A stretch of DNA of 64,000 nt from Callorhinchus milii. Taxonomy: Eukaryota. The notes beneath the pieces were generated by a model that saw only the letters and a program-made list of their open reading frames with translations, was not told where the DNA came from and did no database searches. The stretch lies in NCBI RefSeq assembly GCF_018977255.1, contig NW_024704767.1, forward strand, positions 4,898,001-4,962,000. The letters run 5' to 3'. Position numbers and translations under genes: made by a program. Shown in pieces: positions 36,870-50,564 of this stretch (the first letter of the stretch is position 1; each line of letters starts with the position of its first letter).

Positions 36870-37320
36870 ACTTCTTTGTCCTTTTCCTGGTGCTTGGTGC
36901 CACGTACACAGCACACCTCTCTCTCTTAGCATCCAGTAGCTCACCCAAGTGGTCATTCTTCATACGTGAACCTTGACAGTGAGTGTTTGCTGTCTATTTG
37001 ACCACAAGGCCATTGCAACAAAGTTCAGTCATCGAGACGAATTGAAGCAAAGCACTGAGGGATATTAATGTAGCAGATAATAATAATAATCCATTCAGTT
37101 GATACAGTTTCCTTTCAAGTTGTCCAAATGTCTCAAAAAAATTCAGATTTACTGTAGCGTGTAGTTACTGTGTATTTTGGAAGTGAAGATGGCAGTCAAT
37201 TTACGCACTGCCATATCCCACAAACACCCACGATATCTGCTAACTCAGCAAAGACGTGGGTTTCAACCCAGAACCTCCTCAGTCTGTATGGCTCAGCTAC
37301 TCGCTGATCAAGCTCATTGA
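36870..37320 (-). mobile_element. Family B element interrupted by a family A tail
   Basis: 3' part ctcacccaagtggtcattcttcatacgtgaaccttgacagtgag, and head gctaactcagcaaagac...tctgtatggctcag. Confidence 0.55.
37078..37228 (-). mobile_element. Family A tail
   Basis: (aat)n...tgtctcaaa...actgtgtattttgg...ggcagtcaatttacgcac...tcccacaaac. Confidence 0.75.
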
Positions 37321-37780
37321 GGCATAAAAGGATCCAATACTAAAGAAAGAAGCATAATTAACTCATGTATTCTTATTGTTGTATGTTGTATCCTTATGAG
37401 ATCCAGTGTATACTGAAGATAACAAATTGATACAAAGTGTATTATCAATCTGATATCTTGGTAGCTGCCCTATCATAACCTACACGGGTTAATTATCACT
37501 AAAAGTGTGAAGCCCTGACCTTCTATACTCAATTAATCTTTCAAGATACTGTTTGTACAAACTCTTCCAGCTTTCAAGCAATTTAGTGTTATATTGATTT
37601 GGATACCTGGAGGCACTAATAGCTCTGCAATAGTTTGCATGAACCAAATGATGATGTTTTGCATTTAGAATATGCATCCTGTTGGCTCTCGAGTGATATG
37701 TGCATTCCCTGGTTTAAAACCAAGGATCGGGTGTTTCTGCTCTCAGACTACTTTCCCTGCTTCCACGACTATTATTTCAG

Positions 37781-37795
37781 GTTGAGACCGATCAG
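37781..37795 (+). other. Candidate 15-nt microexon
   Basis: ctttccctgcttccacgactattatttcag|GTTGAGACCGATCAG|gtaaat; frame-preserving (VETDQ in phase 0). Confidence 0.2.
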
Positions 37796-37829
37796 GTAAA
37801 TGGATTAGCCATAATGCCAGCAGCATGCA

Positions 37830-38190
37830 TTAAGAATAAAAGCGAAAATCCCATTGATCTATCAAGTCTGCTCTCGCTGCAGCTATGCAAAAAAAATACT
37901 GCACTGTCAACTTTACACCATCTCACTCAATCTCCCAGGCTAACTGTTCTACTTGAAACAACAGGAAATTAAATCGGTAATGTATATCTTCATTTTTGAA
38001 GTTTAGTCTCTGTTCCTCCACAAACAAGTACTCCCCTCCCAGCTCTAAACCAATGCCCACGTGAAAGGTATAATGTGTCATGTATTCCCCTTTCCCCACC
38101 CTTCCATCCTTGAGAGACTCTGTGAGGCTGAAGAGCCCAAATACATTCAGTCGTTCCTTGAAGCTTATCCTTCTAACTTCATTATTCGGG
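37830..38190 (-). mobile_element. CR1 ORF2 C-terminus plus 3' UTR remnant
   Basis: ORF 37923-38234 contains ISFKERLNVFGLFSL (~LSYEERLxxLGLFSL). Confidence 0.7.
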
Positions 38191-39789
38191 GTTTGGAAGA
38201 ATGAAAAAGAGAATCCACAGGAAGGCAAACACATAGAGATACTCTTATTGCCTTAAAGATTTGATTTGGGGAAATCATTCCTGATACTAATTTGCACATA
38301 AAAATATGTTCTCCGGGGTTTTAACTATTTGTAAATTGTGTCTAATGATAGAATTGCCGTATATGAAACAAAAGAACGTTTTGCCATACAATCTACTATC
38401 AATGCCATAACATCCTTTGTAAAGACTTGGAATCACGTAGGGAATACGTGTATTCCCAGTAAGACACAGGTTTATTGTTTGCCCGGGTCACGGCCTATCT
38501 GTGCAATCACAGAACAAACACACAACGGGGTCTGGATTATTGGAGACTGAGAGTCCACTTAAGGGATCAGCTGATGGAACCTGCTGAGGGGAAAAAAATA
38601 CCCCTAAAAAGGCTGGAAATAGAAACAGCTTGACTTTCTGATTCTCACTGCATTTTCCGCAAAGCTACTTTTGATAGCGGAAAAAAATTAGTAACTTTTT
38701 CATTTTNAAAAAAAGTGAGAAATAGCAGCCAATAATTTAACAGTAAAAGCATTAGCTTGTCTAACGGAGACCTAAAAATTCCCATAATCTTAGCTATAAG
38801 ACCGTAACTTTAAAATACAAGATCATGCAGAATTTTGGAAAGTTCTCAAATTGGGTCTTAATTCAGCAATCAGTTTTTTGCAGCGACCGAACAATTGTAG
38901 AAGACTGGCTTCCAAATTAAGACTGAATATAAGGATTCTGCATGATCTTAATTTTAACATGATGGTCTTGAGGCTGAGAGGTGGTCTTAAGGTGGTCAAA
39001 GGTTTCAATCCTAGAAGTTGTTGTTCAAATGCACTTCCACAGTTATAATGTTTGACCAGTTCTTGGGTACAAGATTATAGGCCCTGAAATGCCTTGCTTT
39101 GATGCTTAGGACTTTTTTGGCTTAGAATGTAAGATCAGACAGATTGTGCAAAATTCTCTTTGTGTGACCTGCAGCAGGATAGGACAGGGAGTCACAGCAA
39201 GGCTCTCCAGTAAAATATTTTAAAGGCATATTAAGTGACACGTAAGATGTGACATACTTTAGGTAACATTTTAGTTTTAAGCAAACTGTAAAATCACAAA
39301 TGACTTTTTGCTTTTTGATATTTCTCGCTGGGTGAAAAATAAATCAAGGACTAAAATAATCAAGGTCAGGAGAGTGATAATTCTAAAAAGATTAAGCTTT
39401 ATCATTAAAGAACCAAAGCCGAACATGTGAGAGAAGGGAATCGTGTGGGCAGAGCAAAGAGGATCCAGCAAAGCAATGATAGTGGAGCTGGACACAGAAC
39501 AAGATGATATCTCTTGCCAAATAGATTGCCCTAACCCTCTCTGGGCTGGTTCTGTAATGAGGCATCAGTAATATGTTGTTCCTCCCTTTCAAAGGCCACT
39601 GTTAATTAATGGTAACCCACCATTTGTTGCAGTTAATCAAATATTTAACGTTCCTCTTGCTTTTCCAGAGGTCCTGTTTCTCCTGCACACAAACACTAAG
39701 ATAAAGGAATCTGCAGTGTTTCAGATAGGAGGAGAGCATTGTAAGGAGGGACTGTGTAATAAAGCTGCTATTGTTCATCAGTAACTTAA

Positions 39790-39985
39790 ATATTCAATCC
39801 TTATCTCTGCTGCATGAGCTGACCTCGCCAGGTGGCAGAAGGTGCTACAATTTGGACTCATCACCCTGGGTCGGGAAGGGGGAAAATCAGCCAGGGTTCC
39901 TTCTGTTGATTGCTACATAAGAACTCTGCTGCATGTCTGGATGTTGGGTGAGGACAGGATCAGGCTCAGCTGTCGATTAGCTCCT
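39790..39985 (+). mobile_element. Family B SINE-like element (best-preserved copy)
   Basis: ggtgctacaatttggactcatcaccctggg...gggggaaaatcagccagggttcc...ggatgttgggtgaggacaggatcaggctcagctgt. Confidence 0.65.
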
Positions 39986-41346
39986 TTAAAAAAGAACAGG
40001 GTCACAAGTGCGTGGGAATGGTATTGAAGGATATATCGATAAGTGCCGAGTGAGATAAATAAGTACCTCATGGCATACATTGGTTTCTGTGGTGCTGTAG
40101 TTGAGGGGAGGATGTTTTCTGTGCAGGGAAGCATGCCAGCGTTGAAAGGTGAGGATGTGGGAATGGACAAATATTCTACACCTTTTGCAAGATTCCCTTT
40201 GGAGTATGTATAACAGAATAGGATAGACAGGAGAAGTTCTCAAAAGACTATTATTTGTGTATGCTCCCCCAAAAAATTATTTATTGAATGAATGTATTTT
40301 CCTTTGAAGGCAGTGAGTGTCCTTTTAAATCATTTTGCAACATGTCCCAGTATGTCTAGCTGACGAGCTGGTGATAACATGTTGTAGGCCTTTTAAAGCT
40401 TTTATTTTTAACATTTTTGGTGTTCAGCAGATTCGATTTTTTAAAAAAATACTTTATGCTTTCTTGTGGTGTAGAAGCAAAGCACTTCTGATGTCAACGT
40501 CGTTTAAACGCAACATATCTTTTAAGACTGAACACGACTGCTTTAAATTGCCCCGAAGAATTTAACTCATATCTTGTAACTTGCAGATTTTATTTTGCAA
40601 GTTAACAAGCAGCTTGTCGTTAATGCGTTTTAAATTCAAGCTATTTGTAAAATACGTTCGACTGAACTCTACTTTTGAACAAATCTCATTTGTTTTTGCA
40701 TAATTATAGGTAATCTGAATATAAGGTAAAACACACGGCAGTGTTTGAATTAGATATGAGTCAAGCTGATGTATTTGATTCTTTCCTATTGTTGATTTAC
40801 ATTTCTCACATTCAACAACAAATAACTTGTTGAATGAACTGTGCAAAGTAAACTGTAAAGTGGACTGGTTGGTAGTTTCCCTTTTGCCCCTGTTTTGTTG
40901 TTAATGCATAATCAATGAGCTGCTACCAGTTGTGCCAGTGCTGCTTTGTATTTGCAGCCAATGGTGGAGTATGATCATCCATTCGCATTTGCTGGAAGAC
41001 CTAAACTCATTTCCTAAAAGACTCTGAGGGCACAAGATCTTGATTTTATCTGTGAAGACTGGGCCTGAACCTATACAGTCAGATGAAAAGAAAGTGTCAT
41101 AACATGCTGCGATACTCACTCTACCACTGAGCCTTTTTAATATCCTCTGGACGTTGTTTATTGGCATGGTCAGTCCTCTTCAGGATCATGGGCAGAAGAA
41201 AGGAGGAGATGCAATAAATGGTACCTTTCCTACCTAGACATAGTGATAATGGAAGCTTATTGAATACTTTCTCCTCTGCGCCTTTGCTATGTATCAGTTT
41301 GTAGCTTCTTCAGCCAGCCTCATTTTGTGCAAACAGTGATACCCTG

Positions 41347-41470
41347 TAATAATAATAATCTTTGCATTTGATGAAGCGCCTTTCACGTCAGAAGGACATC
41401 TCAGAGCGTTTCACAGAATCTACTGTAAAATGTAGTGACTACTTTGTAAGCGAACATGGCAGCCAATTTA
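41347..41470 (-). mobile_element. Family A tail
   Basis: (aat)n tttgcatttgatgaagcgcctttcacgtcagaaggacatctcagagcgtttcacagaa. Confidence 0.85.
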
Positions 41471-41629
41471 ATGCTGGGAAAATCAATTTATATTTCCCAG
41501 ACACTCATCATTAATACTTCTTAACACAATGCCTACCTACCATTTGCCACACATTTAAGGAAACAATTTCTATATTGATTTTGCCTTTGCTTTGGTGCTC
41601 ACAGAATACGTTTAATGTTTTTAGGTAAC

Positions 41630-41840
41630 AATTGAAGTGAGTGCAATGTGCTGATCATTTTCTAGAGGATCAGCAAGGAATTCTGGCTTTTATCAATAGA
41701 AATTCCAATCGGAAGCCAAAGAAGCATTTTATTGAAATAGATTTTAACAAATTGAATCTCCTAATAAATGCTCTTACTATCGGACATGAGACGAAAGTGT
41801 CTTCTGAAGCAAAGAGTCTTCAAAGAGACAAATGCTGAGA
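41630..41840 (+). mobile_element. CR1 ORF2 remnant
   Basis: QC...GILAFINR (~QC...KANGMLAFINRG) in ORF 41641-41838. Confidence 0.4.
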
Positions 41841-42094
41841 TTAGGGCTTGTTTGTTCTGATGATTTTTTAAATAAAGTCAAGTTGCAAAACGGTAATGTG
41901 ACTTATTAGATGATCAGTGGAAAAATCAAGTAAGCAACCAAGTCTGAGATGAATATATTATTTCTATCCCTGCTTTTGCTAGGTGGCTTCAGCTGTGAAT
42001 TCTGAACATCTTACTGAAGGCTGTAACTTACTGTGACTGCTACAGTAATATGTTCAGGCTTCACAGCTATAGCTTCATCTTGAACAAAAGTGAC

Positions 42095-42170
42095 CAACAA
42101 CAACTTGCATTTATATAGTGCTCTTCACACGGGACAGAGGCCCGGAGACCAATTCGCAAGACATTATTGG
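42095..42170 (-). mobile_element. L2-type tail with (GTT)n end
   Basis: caacaacaacttgcatttatatagtgctcttcac. Confidence 0.7.
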
Positions 42171-42429
42171 ATTACTTTTTGGTCAGAAAGGACGATGTTG
42201 AATATGCCTGATATTTAGAAAATTTAGAATTATCTCTCCCATCCTAAACCTCATCCTGGCTTCAAAATAGTACAGAACGTATCTGTGCTACAATTTCATA
42301 CCATTCCATCTGCTTCCAAAATGTCCTGAATTTTTAAAGGTTGTATCACTTCATGAAACAACAGCACAAACGTTAAGATTGTTCTGTTAACGGGTTAATA
42401 CACTCCACATGAGCTTCATTTATATTGAG

Positions 42430-42565
42430 GTCCTGGCATGAATGACCAATGACTGGCTCTATGTCTACAAAACACAGTGTCACTGCACTTTACAGTAAAA
42501 TCCTGCAAAGCACTTTGAGACATCCTCCCAATGTGAAATGTGCTGTATCAAATGCAAGTATTATA
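42430..42565 (+). mobile_element. Family A tail
   Basis: cactttacagtaaaatcctgcaaagcactttgagacatcctcccaatgtgaaatgtgctgtatcaaatgcaag. Confidence 0.8.
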
Positions 42566-44499
42566 CCATTTGTAGCTAATGGAGGGATCTATGTATAACA
42601 CATTTAAATGTTAATGGTATTATTATGCAATCTATTGGAACATCATTTGATTGAGTAGAAGTAGAGAAATAAGTGTACTTATTCAGTAAGATGCACAGAT
42701 CGTCTGAGGTGAAACATAAGCATGATCTTGATTATTAAAGCAGAAATTACACAAATGAAATTATTAGGCTGAGAATTTGATGGAAACTCTGAGCCGAGTA
42801 CACTATGTGGGTTCTCATGGGTGGATTAAGCAGATGTGCTATTGGATCGCAGCACTGCAGTTCTATAAAACACACAAGGAGACATTTTGTTTAATGAATT
42901 GAAACCAATATGTGCACTATTTAAGGATCCATTACTGTTGTGACTCATCTATTGAAAATCTGCTAAACAAAACAATGTCTTTCTTCATCTCCTATGGAAT
43001 TGTGGAAGAGACATCACTGCTAATTCATCTGGCACTAATTATAGGGACTCTGAGTATGGATCAGTTTAAAAAAAACTACCGGTATAAAAATTGAGAATCA
43101 TTGAACTAATTGAATTTGTTCATCTTTGCATGCAAGAGGTTCTGTATTACCAGAGGAGTGAAAGGGACCTTTAATGGCATCTCTTCATTGTATTATTGCA
43201 GTAATGGAAGCCTCTTGCATAGTTGGACCACACCACTGTAACTAATAGTGGAAGGAGTGCATTAATCGATAATGGGATAAATTAAACTTCAGCTAAATGA
43301 TTGACAACATTGTTCTGGTATTCTGGTAATTACAACCTCTTATTGCTAGATGAGTGCCGCAATAATAATTTTATTTGGTACTGTATTTAGTACTGTCTGG
43401 ATGAAGAAAAGTGCCCTGCATTGTTTTCAACCTGCCTATTCTCTTGATTAGATAATTGGTGTCTGTGTATCAGTGGACTGCAAGGCTGAAGGCAGAGTGG
43501 TCCTCTTTTACAATAATATTACATATCCACAGCTCAAATATGCAGCGAGAATCCAATTCTAAAGATCGAAGAAAAGTGGATTCTTTTGTCTTTCATTTTA
43601 ACACAGCTGGCGGTAACACTGAATTGATGGACCCAAGTAAATGAACCTCTTCTGCTGTGGAGGGTGAATCTCAGTGTTAAATTGCATAAAGAGCGAACAG
43701 TTTGCCTATGGCATAAGAGATAGATTGGTTGACTTTAAGAAAATCAGATGCCATGATATGAAATAAAGTATCAATGAGGGAGAAAGAAAAAAACGTAACT
43801 TTATTTCAAACTCATTAATACTGATATGTCTCAGTAAAGATGTCAGGTGTTCACTGACTTGAAGGGCACTATATAAATATAAGGGGTTGTTACAGAGATA
43901 GCTATTGAATTAGATTGGCAATGATGCCTTATCACTCAGTATTTCATGTTACTTCTTTCACCATAGATTTGCCTTTGATTATTACATTACTATGTTAATT
44001 CTCTTCTATATATTCCTTATAGTTGGAAATATCAATGAGGTTAAAATAGGACATAACTTGTTCATATGAAATCAATGAATGGCTACCTTTAACAATGTGA
44101 ATTTACACAAACCACTACTAAAACGTTATGGTTTTACTGTTAAACAGTGATGTTGTTTATCCATCATTTTAATTCATGTTCTGTGCTCTTTGTTTTCTGT
44201 TCTTTTTGTTTTGAAAGAAACAAAAGAGTTCAGTAACAAAATGGAAACAAGAACGTAAGAAGATAACATGGTTGTGGCTGGTTTAGAGGCCAACATCATA
44301 ACAAAAGACAAGGGTATAATGATGTCTGGCTGCATTTTAGTTAGGATTATGAAACTGGAGAATCACTTATTGGATCATTCCTTAAAGCATAGGCCACTTT
44401 GAATATATGTTAGGACTTCCATTACTTGCTTTGCAGTCTGAACTAACAAACAGTAAAATCCCTGATAAACAAAGTTAACTTGCACACAGTAGATTACAG

Positions 44500-44643
44500 C
44501 TGGAATGTTTGGAAACATTACTGTGTGTAAACTGGCTGCCACATTCGCCTACAAATAGACAGTCACTACACTTTTACAGAAAACTCTTGAGACATCTATG
44601 CAATGATAAGGCACTCACTATATCAAATGCAAAGATTATTATA
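44500..44643 (+). mobile_element. Family A tail
   Basis: tggctgccacattcgcctacaaatagacagtcac...ctatatcaaatgcaaagattatt. Confidence 0.8.
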
Positions 44644-44737
44644 AACAACCAGTATGAAGAGACTTTAATAAACTAACAATTTATCAGACTAACAAACAGA
44701 AATACTATTCAGTTATCACTAATTCTTAGATCTGATA

Positions 44738-44850
44738 AGATTAATCCCTACATTTGGGATAGTGCCTTTCATGTCGGGAGGGATGTCTCGAAGTGCTTCA
44801 TAGAATATACTGTAAAGAGGAGTAACTGTGTATTTGTAGGCACTGCCGCT
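44738..44850 (-). mobile_element. Family A tail
   Basis: atagtgcctttcatgtcgggagggatgtctcgaagtgcttcatagaatatactgtaaag. Confidence 0.8.
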
Positions 44851-45478
44851 GATCTAAGCCACTGCTAATATAGCTGTTAGTCTGGGGTGTGGACAAGATG
44901 AGATGATTGATTCCTGGCAATGTAATGATGGTGAAACTTTGAAAAATCAATGTTTCAGCCATTAAAGAACCCAACCTTTTCACAGGTCACATTTCTGTCT
45001 TAGAGAACACTGTAATCAATCACAAAGGGAGTGCATCTGGCGAAAGACTTCATCAAGCTAAACGTGAAGGTAGTAAAGAAAGGACACTCAGCAGAAAGGA
45101 TACTTTCATTATCTCTACAAATTCCTCCAAACCTTAAGTGACCATTATAAATCATTACGTGGGTCTTACGAATTGACCAACTGGGACCATCTGCTTTGAG
45201 CCCAAGAAGATTTTTTTATAAAGATTTCAGGATCGAGTTTATTGTAAACCTACACTGGATTAAATCTGTGTTCAATTCTGTTAACTAAAAACACAATTGT
45301 CAACAGCTGTCTTGCAATTTTTTGTCAGTTTAAAAAAGAATGCTCTGGGGTTTTAAATCAAACACAATCTGTATGTAGTACAGAAATTCATCTTAATAAT
45401 GTATTAGAATAATGTGCCAGAAAATGTATCAAAGCAAGTCAGGTTAAACTCAATTTACATGTTATTAACATTTGCAAT

Positions 45479-45540
45479 TACAACAACAAAATTACATTTA
45501 TATAACACCTTTCACGTCGGGAGGACATCACAAAGCACTG
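45479..45540 (-). mobile_element. Short tail fragment with (GTT)n end
   Basis: acaacaacaaaattacatttatataacacctttcacgtcgggaggacatcacaaagcact. Confidence 0.8.
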
Positions 45541-46964
45541 AAATATTAACACATATTTATGGAGTGGGCAGCAGTTCAGAGCAGAAAATGAGTGAGGTAA
45601 ATGCAAGGATTATTATAAGTTTGAGTGATTCATATATCCTATCTTGTATAAAGATAAATTCTTGTTGAGAAATTGAGCTCATTTTAAAAATTGTGAGTAC
45701 AGTTTAGCGCATCCAGGAATAAAATTCAGATGTTTATCTGAAATGATTCTTGCATTTAGATTATTGAGAGTATTTTTGGATGTGTAAGTACCAACCATCA
45801 ATATTATCTATTTGTACATATAATATCAGCCAATGTTGCTAGAGGTCTGTGTAGATTAGTATATCTAAAACAAGCCAGAGTGGACCTAATGTAAACTCAT
45901 ACGAGACAAATTCCCTGTTCACAGCAGTGAGTAATCCCTCACAGCAATAAAAACAAATGAAAAGAAAGGGCTGATGGGTAAAAGATCAAATAAGGTACCA
46001 TTAGTTTATAGCTTAGGGATCTTCAGGGTCCCTGGATGCAAATACTCTAAGGAAAATAAACAATGCTCCATATAAATTAGTCAAACATTGCCCAAGGCAC
46101 TGGAAAGCTAGCCCAAGGCCCTGTCTCCCTAAATGTGGTGCTAATTCCCTTGTGTGAAAATTTCCCAGAGCATATAGCACATATGCAGCTTGTCTCTGTT
46201 ATCTAATGCAATCCTAACGTGCGTGGAAGCTTGTGCTAATTAAATGGCTGTGTTTTCTATAATGTTGTGACCTTGGTGCTGCCTTCTCTCATACATGTTG
46301 AAAAGTCCTTGTGCACATGTGCTCAACTCGTGTTGAAACAGTTTTATCCAATTCAATGCCAGGCAGTTTTGTGAAACTATTTGAATACGGTTAAAAATCA
46401 GATCTATTGATTTTAATACACTTGCTATCCTGGTAGGTGGGTGGGCGGGGAGAAGAGAGAGTGAGAGAGATGTTTGATTCTCTGACAAAAAAAATGGTTT
46501 TAAAACTTGGAAGAGAAAACTAACAACTGATCCCTTAGCCTGTGGAGTAAATAGCTTCCTTAGCGCAACAATATTTTGAAGTGAGCAGTTGAGGAGCGAT
46601 CTGTGTTCCATGTGCGAATTCTTATTAATGTCAGACCAGCGTCAGCGCTATGTAGTGCAAATTAAACAATGCTGTGGGAGTCTTAGATCGGAGGCACAAT
46701 GTTGAAAGTCAGTCACTTTCACGCATGAAATGTAATAATCCTCAGGCGTTGATTTTGGAAAATATTGCTTTAATTTTCATGTGCAACCTTTTAAAAGATA
46801 GCCCAGAGTCATAGATTTTGTTTTGTCATATGTGAGAATTTAACAACATTGGATTAAAAAATGGCCATTCAGCTCATCACATCTGCTCCTCTCTCAGTCC
46901 ATTACACAGCTGATCCTATCGTGAGCTGCATCAAACAGTCAGTCTGATCAGTGAGTTTTCTCAC

Positions 46965-47125
46965 GATCTCCTTGGCTGCTGTGCTCACGTATGGCTATTT
47001 TGTAGGCTGCCTGCTGACAAAATACACAATCACTGGAGTTTACAGTAAGATCCTGTGAAGCGCTTTGAGACGTCTTGCTGATGTGAAAGGAGCTATATCA
47101 AAAGCAAGGATTAATATGATTATTG
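46965..47125 (+). mobile_element. Family A tail
   Basis: tttacagtaagatcctgtgaagcgctttgagacgtcttgctgatgtgaaaggagctatatcaaaagcaagg. Confidence 0.85.
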
Positions 47126-48865
47126 TGGGTTAGCTTTACATAAACGCTTCCTGAACCCCAATGGAAACCAAGAAAATGTCCAGAAAATTCATCCCTCTCC
47201 ATAGCTCCACTGATTTAAAAATGGCCTCCTTCCATGCAGTGAACATTATCCTTCCAAACCCAGCAGCTAATAAACCACAGTTGCAAATAAGAGTGTTCAT
47301 CTCAGTCCGTATCTGTCCTTATAATCTCCAATACTGTAGCCAACCAAATAGAGTACATACCCAGTCCTCTTGTAAAGGAGATAATACACAGAGGAGAAGG
47401 GGGTGGGGGGAAGATCTATTTGATGTCCTTTTAGCAAAACCATGATTTGTGCAATGCATGATTTTTACAGGCTAACTATTACAGGCTAAAAATCTGTGGT
47501 TGTGGTGGGAGAAGAACAGTCTCTGCCTTTAAATCTGTCTTCCGATAGGAATGCTGGAATAATCAATGCTCAACAGTAATAACTATCCATAAGGTTAACG
47601 GGGCTTATTAAAGAAGGGTGGGGGGTTATGCAGGTGTTCATGTGCACCTTTGTGGCTTGACACAGACATTTTGCTCGGCAATCAATGGTGTTTCTGAATT
47701 CGCCAATGGGGGGGAGAGAGCAGGAACAGGTGCCATTTGGGAAATATAAATTTACATATGTATCAATAAGTATGGCATAAACATTGTAATGTCTGAATTA
47801 GTAAGCAGTCGATGATGAAGAAGACCTATCTTTCGTACGCGCATTCAGCCACCTTCTTCCGCCCAGCTCCAGCCTCCAGCCAGTTATGTGAAGTACTTTG
47901 AGATGACCTTGTAATATGAAAGCTCAAAGCGCTTATGTAAGATATTGGTGTGTGAAGTAATTTTCAAAGAACATACATTATAATTACTATACATCTCTAA
48001 TATTTATTTATACATGTTCATTCAATTGTATATCCCCAACCCTCCCACCCCCCGCCTTCGTAGCTCAATCTTAAAAGCTATTCTAATATAATGGAGGCAT
48101 ATGTAGATGTAATGAAAGTATTTATTGCAATGAGGTTATACATATTTCAGAGGCAGTAAAACAATTATAGTTTTAGAAGATGTCACATACATAGCACTTT
48201 ATTATAAGCTTAATATAAAAGATTGAATAGGAAAAGCCGTTAAGCTATACAGCAACAGGATAATCGTTATTAAAATACCATCCAAATCATTATTATTATA
48301 AGCTCAATAAGCAAACAACACAGAAAGTCATAATTAGACTGTTAACTATTCGCATCTTATTTACATAAAAAGAAAGATAAGCAAGGTTCATCATGTGTAA
48401 TGTCATGTTGAATCTATACGTGTTGAGTCTTCGGGCCCCCCAATGTTACTTTATTTCAGATCTTTCTTTATTGTTACTTCCCCAGAGTATTTCAAATCCC
48501 AAAGCGAAGTTCAAACTCATGGTTGTGTCCTTCATGTCTAGTTTGTTCCAATGTTAAGTTTCCATCCTTCGGGTCTTTGAGAGGCTTCACAATCTTTTAC
48601 TTTCTAAAATACTAATTGTAGATGTTCCACCTGTACTGTCAGCATTCTACGTGCATACCCTTTGCCCTCTGCAGGCACACGAATATTACTAGCTTCATCC
48701 GATTAACTTTTCAATTGCTCCCACTTGGTTTCTTCATCCACCTCGGCACCTCTGCGAGATGCAAATTACAATATGTTATTCAAGGCCTCAACCAAACTGT
48801 GCTTTAACGATCAATCATCCCCTTTAATGAGGTGTTACAGTGTCCCTCTGCAAAATGATATTAAA

Positions 48866-49312
48866 GATGATAATCCTTGCATTTTATAGAATGCCTTTCA
48901 TGCTAAGAGCAAGTCTCAAAACACTTCCCAGAATTGACTGTAAAGCGTAGTGACTGTATTTTAAATGCTAACTGTGTGGATAATGTGTGCACAGCAATGT
49001 CCCCAAGACAATACAGTTAACATGTTTAGCATATTGTAAACAACAGGAAGACTTTCCAAAACCACCATAAAGTGAATGACTACATTTATCTGGGAAATTG
49101 TTAGTCAGGACACTGACACTGGGAGAATCTCTTCTCAAATAGTGCAATGGCACCTGACCAGGCAGATGGGACCTTGATTTAATCTCTCAGCTGAATCATG
49201 GCAACAATACAGCGCACCCCAAGCATTGCGTCGGAGTATCAACCCATCTGGGCTTGAACCACAACCTGCTGGCTCAGAGGTGAGAGTGCTACCAATTGAG
49301 CCAGGCTGACAC
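48866..49312 (-). mobile_element. Full-length DeuSINE-like element
   Basis: Tail ataatccttgcatt..., Deu remnant aggcagatgggaccttgatttaatctctca, head gggcttgaaccacaacc...gagagtgctaccaattgagccaggctgacacc. Confidence 0.85.
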
Positions 49313-50389
49313 CTGAAATTTGTGTCTTTAAAAACCTCCTGGCAGGATTGAAACTTTTATCAGCATATTGTCTTAATCTGTACAATAAGTGAGGCACACA
49401 ATGTAATTATCTTTGTAACCCATCCATTCTGCAGTTTATGCATGCAAATGAGTTTATTCAGCCGAAGGTGGTTCCATTGAAGTCATATACTGTGATTGCT
49501 GTAGGATACATTTTAAACCCATTAAGGCATTTGATTGTTAAATGAATCCGCCATCAGCATTGCCAGGTGGTGTCTGTATATTCATTGACAATCATCCATC
49601 CGAATCTTAAAGGGAACTTTTGGCAAGGCACCAGGAAGCCTAGGGTTCATTATCTGCAGTAAAGGTAACATCTGTTCTACCTCATGCCCAGACCCTACTC
49701 TTGGTAAATAGGTCTGTGCACATAACCCATTTCTGGGACACATTAAAGTTACATCAGGAAAGATTGTATATTTAGCTTAGTTGGCAAAATTGTACAACAG
49801 ACAAAGGACAAAAAGTATAAAACAATTTTTCAAATCTTTTGGCAAAACTTTATCCCCCGTGATTTGTGATAAATGTAAAACCAAATCCAAGAAAAACACA
49901 CAATTGCCCACAATGACATGATAAAACCCATGCTCAGGAGCTCGCTGTGTGCCACTGTGTTCGTGTCTGGTTATCCTGTGATGAAGTTCCAAATGAAGCT
50001 GATTTGTGGCAGCAGTGCTGAATATTTTGGCTTGTTTTATAGGATTAAAGTGTTACAATAATCAGCCCTAATTCACGAGTGGAAAAAAACAGTTCCTTGA
50101 TGAGCAGACAAGCTTACATCAATCAGCAATCTCTGGGCCCCCAACTAATTCAGGTGCACAAATTGTGAGTGAAACATCTTACTGCAACTCATATGATTAA
50201 CTGCACTGTATACTGAGATTCAGACCCAGAGTGCATAATAATGAGGGCTATTTTCATATACTGACCATCAAGTATATCGTAAACGGAATTATTAGAGTAC
50301 CTTATATCTTCATGACATTTAGATTCAATGCTTTATTTTAATTTATTNAAAAAACAATTTTTCCCCTTATGATAATCAAAAATCTTTAC

Positions 50390-50564
50390 CTGCCACGATC
50401 AAGCACACCGTTCCAGTCTAATTTAGGGATATTCAGTGTTTTTAGAGGGCAGACTGTTCGTTTTGATCCTGAAATTCACGAATATTGCTTTCAGCTGCCC
50501 GATCAACCAGTGCTGGCTGCCTGCAGTGTTGTGAGAGATATTTATCGCCACATTCCAGCAGCTT
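50390..50564 (-). other. Candidate non-coding exon
   Basis: Strong acceptor tcttttcattttcttatcggttgttgcag and donor CAG|gtaaag on minus strand; stops in all three frames; CpGs retained. Confidence 0.3.

Noticed and set aside
40573-40609. Small inverted repeat cttgtaacttgca...tgcaagttaacaag
   Set aside because: Too short for a pre-miRNA or MITE; AT-rich and likely incidental.
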